This document shows, in pieces, positions 56,101 through 64,000 of a DNA stretch of 64,000 nt. The stretch's first letter is position 1. Each line of letters starts with the position of its first letter. Under the pieces are notes generated by a model, which made no database searches, had not been told where the DNA came from, and saw only the letters and a list, made by a program, of their open reading frames with translations. A program made the translations under genes and the position numbers. Origin of the DNA: Tubiluchus corallicola (lineage: Eukaryota > Animalia > Priapulida). Location: NCBI GenBank assembly GCA_030141605.1, contig JAQGDQ010000172.1:186001-250000 (forward strand), in the 5' to 3' direction.

Positions 56101-57832
56101 ATATGAGGTTTGAATTGACTGGCACAAGTAGACTGAGAATATCACACAACACAAAAATACTTCTTAATGGCAGTAACAGTAATCGAAACATTTAATAAAA
56201 AATCTTGCAATAACGAAACGAAAAGACACGCTGTTATAGTCCAAGTGAAGAAAAATGGAACAAAAAAGCTAAAAAAAAATCACACAATGTTGATTACTTG
56301 CGCCTCATAACGATAAAGCAATCGCTCACTGTGGACAGAACCCATCGCACAGATAGAAACAACATAGAGAACACAATTTGCAGAAAATATTATTATAAAA
56401 CGTAGTAGAGGAAAATGGTGTAAAGTTGAATGGAAGGACAACATGAAATGGTTCTCTCATTTGAAATATTTGTCACATGTGATGCTTTGAATAATTCCCA
56501 ACAAAGGTCTCTACAAGTGCCATCGTTAGTTTCTTTTGTGCATCTGCAGAAAAATTTCTGGTGAGAATTTTCCGTTTTTTCAAACATTTTTTGTAACATT
56601 TGAGTTAGCTCAATGTAGAGATGTGAAACTACTGTAAAGGATTTCTGAACTGTAAACATCATTGCATTAATTTTGAAAACGGTTGGTCTTTGCCTGGATC
56701 AATGGGAAAGAATTGTCGGAGCGACCATGATCGTGGACCAAAGTGAAATGGGGCAAAGAGAAAATATTTCACTTTGCCCCGGCGAAACTATGACATCTAG
56801 ACAGGTAAATTGCTTTAAGCTCAAATATATTCGTTTCATAATTATAATGCAATATTAAAATATGATGCTACTGGTGCTAAAAATGTGGACCGTAGACATC
56901 GTCGAGCCGGCCATCGATGTAATGTACTCCAGATTTTATTTTGCACAGAGACACGGTCAGGGTTTACAGGCATAAAAATAAGCACCATTCTTGATTACAC
57001 GAATCTATGTTATTTAAACTATGAATTAAAGGAAGTCCATAAAGAAATGTAACACTAAAACTGGAGAATGCACCCTTCTCAGTTTAATATCAATTATTCT
57101 TGTAAAATAATTTATCACAATCACCTATTAAATACCGTTTTACTTGGAACCATTCATTTCACTTTACCGGAATGTCACATTTCACTTTGCCCCTATGGGC
57201 AAAGTCATAAAAAATAACATTCAAAATAAAGATCCTAAGTACTGCTATGGTGATCCTGGGAACTAAACAAAAAATTTTGTAAGAAGCAAGAAAGACAACG
57301 TCACATAAGGACAAATGGGTAACGCTGTACACCTTAACATTAATTAAATAAAATTGCTTAACTCCTTCCACTTTGCCCCACCTTCCCCTAATAGGAACCT
57401 GCATGGCAAGTGATAATGAATAAATATTTCTATTAACAATGTTTAATGTATACGTTACTGCTTACTAGTATAATCAGTAGCATTTTGTTTTGTGTTTTGT
57501 ACATTCACATTTGTTTCCTTTTTCTCGTGGTAACTATTTACATTGCTATTGTGTTTTGTGTTGCGGATTCTAAACTTGGTGATTGTGTTATCATTGTAAA
57601 GCATGCTGTTTTATTACGAACTTACCTGTATTAAAGGATAGAATTGATGCAGCTCTAGCCCAGCCCCCTCTTGCGTTTCGTGATTGAAGATATTTGGCAT
57701 TCGCACCGAGATGTCATTCGCGTTATAAACATCCTCACAAAGTGGGACGGTGTTTTCTTCACAAACGTCCACTGTGCCATATACAGTCGTCGAGATGTAA
57801 AACAATGTCAATACTATCATGAATGGATCCAT
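50122..57832 (-). CDS. Secreted protein: signal peptide + 2 Frizzled cysteine-rich domains + acidic linker + pentraxin domain (572 aa, 10 coding exons)
   Basis: Exons 5'->3': 57832-57626, 56054-55841, 54466-54398, 53984-53833, 53639-53423, 52581-52522, 52140-52060, 51302-51047, 50939-50753, 50397-50122. All GT-AG, phases 0,1,1,0,1,1,1,2,0, open frame of 1719 nt. CRD motifs [50 protein letters not shown]..WP, present twice. Pentraxin motifs FTICTW, DGKWHHVCATW and LVIAQDQDSLGGTFDAAQSFVG. Confidence 0.85.
54070..54930. repeat. ~442-bp intragenic tandem duplication containing a SINE fragment and the 69-nt exon 3
   Basis: Colinear matches offset by ~442 nt, e.g. acceptor-adjacent exon starts at 54466 and 54908; GAAGACAGGAAATGTGAAAAA occurs twice. 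Confidence 0.88.
54840..54908 (-). pseudogene. Duplicate of exon 3 with in-frame TAG but intact splice sites
   Basis: TTTTGCAG|GA AAC AAA ACC GTG ATG TGG AAT TCT CAA AAG AAG GAA TAG ... GCA|GTAAGT. The other copy has CAG at that codon. Confidence 0.75.
55305..55460. ncRNA. Divergent pair of hammerhead-like motifs around an 11-bp hairpin (Penelope-like relic?)
   Basis: Minus 55334-55307: CTGATGA-G-GCTC-ATTA-GGGT-GAAAGCTC (intact core, no clear stem I). Plus ~55428-55458: CTGTTTATGAAGCTCGTTGAGGCGAAAGCTT (decayed). Hairpin GCTGCTAGCCT/AGGCTAGCAGC at 55361-55389. Confidence 0.45.
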
Positions 57833-60800
57833 AGTTAACACTAAAATTGTGTTAAAACATTAAAATAAAAGAGATTTTCTTTGTTACCGAAAAATTTCTT
57901 GTAAACCGGCGAACGTACTGATCAAGTTCCTCCCGAAAACCGAAAACCAGTGTGTGGAACTCAAAACTACTTTTCCAAGACTTCCTGCTGTTTAGAGAAT
58001 TCCTTTCGACGGTTATACGCGGAAGACGCTTGCTGTTTGTGTTGTAAGACTAGGAAATTTACGCCAGAGAGAGAGAGAGGTGTGAATTTCTTTTCGTGCG
58101 GATGTCGAAACAATGCATTTGCTAAGTAAACAAGTCTGTGATATCATTATAAGTCTTGATACTAAAAAATCTGCTTTGTGACATCGCTAATTTGCTGGGT
58201 ATTGAAAATTTTTCCTGTTTAAACAAATGCTATAGTGTTTAGATAATGTATCCACGGTATTGGAAAATATTCATGAGAATATACCCAAAGCTATGAATTC
58301 TTAACTACATATAAAATCATAAATATTGCGGATGTAATAAGAACATCACAAACTGACGTCCGGGCCACTTTGTTGAGAATGTGTAGGTTAGTAGATTTGA
58401 TCATCAAAACATTAAAACGTGAGCGAAATATGCTAGACTGTGAAACTACAAAATTACAGCTCTCCATGCACCATTGATATGTTTGTGGCGGACATATTGG
58501 TGTTTGCGCATAACGCATATTGCGCATATTGATGTTGAACATAACGACTAGAGCTAAGATGAGACACTGAACCAACAGAGGCGTTTCAGCCACGTTCGGG
58601 TTCACCGGTCACTACACTCCACTTCTACGAAGTAAGTGTAGTTCAATCACAATAATGATATTTCTGAACAGAGAATGAGTTTATGAAGCTGTAAACGAAT
58701 AAAATTTGACAGATAAAATCAATTTGACGAATAAAATTAGTGCATAAACAGAAATATGTAGGAAAACAGCAAAGTTTGTCTAGATTTAAAAATGGTTAAT
58801 TCTTGGTGCCTTTATAGAAATGGCAATTACCGTGAATAACAGATGTTGCACGTTGTATAATAGATAGAAGTATTCGGTGTTCACTCGGAAGTCTCAGCAG
58901 TTGACGCAAGCAAAACATTCACTTGGCTGAAGGCAGATTGAAGACTTACTGTTTCATTTTTTGGTCACGTCAACGCAAAGGAAACCATCATAATCGTTCT
59001 TACTATTTCCCATCCATCTTTGTTTGAGGATGCATGGTGAATTATGTCAGCCCAAAAATATACACGAAATTATGTGGAAAAAAGAAAGAAAAGTGCAAAA
59101 CTTCAAAGCGCAAAACAAATACTATATATTATACAATTTCCAAAATTTGTGCTACTATACACGCAGGTTTTGTATGTACTTTGTATCGATATGCTTGTGC
59201 ATTTTTAACATACTCTACTATATCACGTTCAACTACCGCGGTCAATTCTAGTTACTTTGATTCTTTTATTTTGGCAGTAGGGTGACTACAATTAGTCAAA
59301 CTAACGCATTGCATGTTTGTAATTTGAGTAATTAAAATCATTTGTTTATTCGCAAGAGTGTAACAGGAGCTATTCCATGTGCAAATTAATTGAACCAACG
59401 ATATTTTCAATTTTGTTAAACCTATCTGTATGAAAGGGCAGAAGACTAGATGATCCTTTGGTCCCTTCCTGCCGTGCTTCATGATTGCAATTATCTAACA
59501 CTTAACTAATACTTACTGTGAACGATGTTGGAGAAAATAAATGTTCTATGTACTGTGTAAAACGCATAAAAATGAACGAAAATGCACCTTGTAGCTTATA
59601 ATTCAAAACGCTTTCAATTTAATCGCTCTCATAATTTTCAGTACATGATCTAGTGATTTCTTATCAGTTGTTTCCCTCGTTTCGGCATGAAATTTGAGAG
59701 TTTGCAGAAATTCGAGAGTCGTGGTACCATATTTGCACAATTGCCTATCAGCATAGAGGTACAGTCGTCTCTCAGACGCAACTTGACAATCGACAAAGAG
59801 TTTTCAATTGGGTTTAAATCTTAAGAGTTGCAAGGTCATGGACTTTCGCCATGGAACATCAGAGAACGTCTTTCGCATCTCTGGTATGACTCTTTTCGTC
59901 AGAACCTCAATCTACTGCTCCGATCGCATCGTACCAGTAACAATATTAACAATATATAAATTAGGCCAGTTCATGTTAGAAATATTGTTTATGGGATTTG
60001 ATGACGTACACGTCTCATTTAAAGACTGAAAAATACCATGAGGGTGAGAAAGAAAAATACAGTAAAATCTGTCAGTGGTTCAATTAATTTGCATAAGGGG
60101 GTATGTTAAGGCTTATCGAATTTTAATAAAAGCTGTCACTGTCAGATTCAGCTTTCGAACTATATCCCACAGCAGCATTAAGTTCGCTAAAACTCAATCA
60201 AAATAAAGTTTATTTTTTGTTCGTCTTATTTCGCAGGATTTACCAGAGGGCAAATTTACCTGCAATGGTCACTATAGCAACCGGAAGCAAAAGTTGGGAG
60301 TGATGCTTCGAGCTCTAATTGTCCTGAACGAGTTTCTATGACGTTCACACTACGTCATTATATTAGTTTTCATGCGAGCAAGCCGAAAACTGTGCTTTTA
60401 CCTTTCTTGAAGAAGTATCTTCCCAAAACGATAGAAATCGTTGCACCAATCGCCTATACGCCTCCAAAATTTAGATACACCCATAGAAGACCACAAAATG
60501 GAGTTCAGCCAGCATCATTTAAGAACGAAATAAGCTAAATTTTAATATATTTAATGTGTGTGCAATTACCTGACAAATTTCAGCCCGTGCAGTGTTTTAC
60601 GTTAGTTATCAGAAAAATTGTCATCGTGGCTACATACTGTAGAACTCTAAAAAACTGCCCTCAAGACAGGTAAGCATAAGAGAAATCCAGCAAAAATCTT
60701 GATACTGTTATGCAAGTGGCAGAAAAATGAAAGGACAAGAAAACACAGTTCATAAATAAAAACTTGAATTCGTTTTGAAATTTTATATCACTTACATGCT

Positions 60801-61789
60801 GTTTTACTGCATTCAAAACTTGAATTAAAGTTCCAAAAAAATCAGAGGAGTCGTAGGGCACACTTCTCCAAATAAGCGTATCCATAAAATACTTTTTCTT
60901 GTCAGTAATATTAATAATATGTTTTTGGTGAGTCAGTTGTAGTGCACAGTTTTACTGTTTCACACTTTTTAACAGGTGAACATAAGGTGATGTACTATAA
61001 TTCTGAATGGAAAGTTTTTCAGGACGTACTTTAAATTTCCCTTTTCTTTCCTTTTAATTATTCAGTGGTCTTTTACTGCCAGAAAGTTAATGTAAATGTA
61101 AAGCCCGTTCTATATTGAACTACTGAATTTTAAACATGTTTTTCATGTTTTGTGATGTGCGTTGTGCAAGCTCTGCTAACTTTTACTGTATTATATTTGT
61201 AATTTTTTATTGTTTTATATCTCATTTTCAATTACTTAATGTCACGACACTATATTTTTGTATTGCACCTTGTAAAATTTAAATAGTCTTTGTCGGCCGA
61301 ATAAATAAATAAACAAAAATAAATAAACAAAAGTAAATACATAATTAAATATATAAATAATTTATGTTAATGCGAGCTCTAAGGGTTCTTATTGGTCCCC
61401 TGTGTCAGGCAGGTTCTATGACGTAATGTCGCATTGTTTAGTGTAGAAGCAAAGCAGCTGAAAATATTTATTATATCTTACATCTGATAACATTCAAACT
61501 CAATGTTCGCTCTATTTTTCATTCTGGCAGGCAAAACAAACCAACGGGGCTTTTGCCAAACTTTCCAGTGAGGGAAAGACCGAGAGTGGGAGAGCCTTTT
61601 ACAGCTCTAACCAGGTTGTTCAACCAGCAAGTATGCTTATTGGCCATAATTAACTGACTATCGTTTTGCAAGTGTTCACAATTAATAATCTGTTTTGCAT
61701 TAGAATTAAAGTACAATTTGTATTTTAGTGTTAATAATGTTAGACATTTGCATGCTATTTGTATAGCAACAGATATACACACGTACGCA

Positions 61790-61821
61790 CGCACGCACAC
61801 ACACACACACACACACACACA
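61790..61821. repeat. (CA)n microsatellite
   Basis: Directly visible. Confidence 0.95.
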
Positions 61822-64000
61822 ACTATATCATAGTTTATTTTTATAATTTAGTCAATTATTTTCGATTGCTTTCATAGATGTTAACTTATTAAACGTATCC
61901 TTTGTTTTATATGTGGTAAATGGAAGTGCTTTTGTTTGCTTCTGTGTTAGCTCATGGATTTATTGTCATTCTGATTGTTAGCAAGCATTCTCGTGTTGGT
62001 GTTTTATTTTTTTCTGGCTATTATTTTTTATCATTTTCCAAAACGTCACGCGCCCAATGCAACGCCAGTCATAGAAAAGCGCGATTCATTTTAGAAATCT
62101 GTTCTCTTTATTCGGGGAATTTGCTCTTCGGCATTTTTACCACGTAACTCCTTCAGTGTGAAAATAAGTTCTGACACCTAAATTGAAAACTGGGGGGTAT
62201 CATTTAAAAACATATTGCTTATAATATCTTTTCTTATTATTGTAAAAAAATCTTAAAGGTCCGCCATAACAGTTTTCAAACAACCAATAACCAATATTAT
62301 ATTCTTATTATTCATTAGTAAATCAGAGATTTTTAATACTGTTCTGTAAACCAGTGCTGTCAATGCCCTCTGTTCAGAATATGTCTAACAATAATCCTGA
62401 ATTAAAAAACAATTGTGGTTTTTACCGTCTCCTTCAATTTATGCGACGAATTTTGGTAAACTTTAAAACTTAGCTTAAAAAACATATTTAAAAAAATCAA
62501 TTTTTGATATCAGATTTCAAAAAATTGAAAGTAGGGTTACTAATTCTACAAATGAAACTGATTGTTGTGCTTTTGATATAAGAAAAAGTTGTACTTTTTT
62601 TCAAACACCACCAGTTATTGAGTCAGCGTTCATTGAAAAAAGTATGTTAACTTAAAATGATTTGTTTCCCTTTATAAGATTTTATTTTTTATACATCACT
62701 TTATTAGTCAAGTTTTTTTAGTCTTCGCATTTACCTAAACAAACAATTTCGAGCTTATCTTCTGGTGTACAGCACAAATAATTCTTTGTTGCCGTATCTT
62801 TTGCTAACACACCACAAGCACTTTCGTTTTTTGTGTTTTTCAGCTTAACCGACTGCAAACGGTTTTTCAAATTTATAAATCACCTATTAGACAGCCAGTA
62901 CATTTAACAAATAGAATAGTAGTATTTTATTCAGGCGTTTCTACTACAAGTGCTATTACAACACTTCGTATTTTACTATTTTGCACTCACACTGACACCC
63001 GACGTAGTTGTAGAGTTGGTAGAGAGTTTTGTCGCATCTTCCTAACTGTCCGCATACTAAAACAAAAAGCAGGGAAAAAGCTATAATGAATCACCAAATT
63101 TGGCAAGGGATGGCAAGGGCTTTGGCGAGACCTGACAACACACTGCTTTTTTATTCAAAAGGTCGAATTCACAAGGCCAGTCAAAATAAATTTTTGTCTA
63201 TAGCGACTTCATGCAAGGGGTTGGGTCTGCATCTCTATTGAAAGCCCTCTACTTGCCGTTACAAATTGCGCATTGTTGCGACTAACTTTTTGCGTACTTC
63301 GCCTATTAAAAAATAGTGTGGTATTTGGTGCATTCAATACAATTCAAGTATCTATCTTGCGCTATTTTGAAAAGCGATCATTGACTTCTACTGAACAGAG
63401 TGATTACCCCAAATCCTAAATATCCGAATGGGAATGTACATGGATCTAAATTATTTGAGATGTTTAAGCCTTCTGGCTTTTAGTACTCAAGCTATAGACT
63501 AATTGCAGACATGCGCGCAGGCTGGCAGCTAGACAGACAGGCAAATAGACAGACAGACAACATAAACCAATGAAGTGAAGTGCAGTGTGGTGTAGTGTGA
63601 CATGTTGTGATGCAACATGGCGCGGTGCGAGTGGGCAAGAACAGACAACAATTGTTTTTCAACTTTGTACTCATATTGCTGAAGCTTAGCAAATATACCA
63701 GTTTGCAACGTGCTGCCCTCCATACTTGTTTGTTCCCCATGTGCATTACAGCGAGCCGAGGCGGAAAAAATGTAGGTAATTAATCATATGAACCGCATAA
63801 AAGCAATACTAAATTCGAAAATCTGAAAATACAAAAAACCTCCATTGGGGCTATCCAGGCAAATATGTTAACCACTACCCCTCAGAGGCTGCACCATTAT
63901 TTTGCCGTGCAAAAATAAAAGAGTAGAAACTACAATTTTATCAAAATTGAGATTTTGATGCATTTTTACTAAACAGATGACGCGCTTTCTTGGTATTGTA

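Noticed and set aside
58000-64000. Numerous 60-104 aa ORFs
   Set aside because: No recognisable domains or consistent exon chain; likely intergenic DNA with old repeat fragments.

Overview
AT-rich eukaryotic (animal, probably invertebrate) genomic DNA with GT-AG introns, microsatellites and decayed retroelements; no prokaryotic features. Five complete gene models can be rebuilt by hand. (1) Two paralogous DEG/ENaC channel genes with intronless coding regions (16458-18092 +, 47706-49352 +). (2) Between them, two tandemly duplicated 6-exon genes for secreted proteins: signal peptide, uncharacterised globular domain with a Tyr-rich loop, 13-aa Thr/Asp/His mucin-like repeat, C-terminal PAN/Apple-like domain (20479-25191 +, 27087-39948 +). 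(3) A 10-exon minus-strand gene for a secreted protein with two Frizzled cysteine-rich domains fused to a pentraxin domain (50122-57832); one of its small exons is tandemly duplicated and the extra copy carries an in-frame stop. There is also an orphan signal-peptide exon (9000-9110 -). Mobile DNA: two broken CR1/L2-group LINEs (one with an SGNH-esterase ORF1 and a 2A-like NPGP motif), a TAA-flanked MITE, 5S- and tRNA-derived SINE relics, and five degenerate hammerhead-ribozyme-like motifs in introns. All models are manual readings with no database search.
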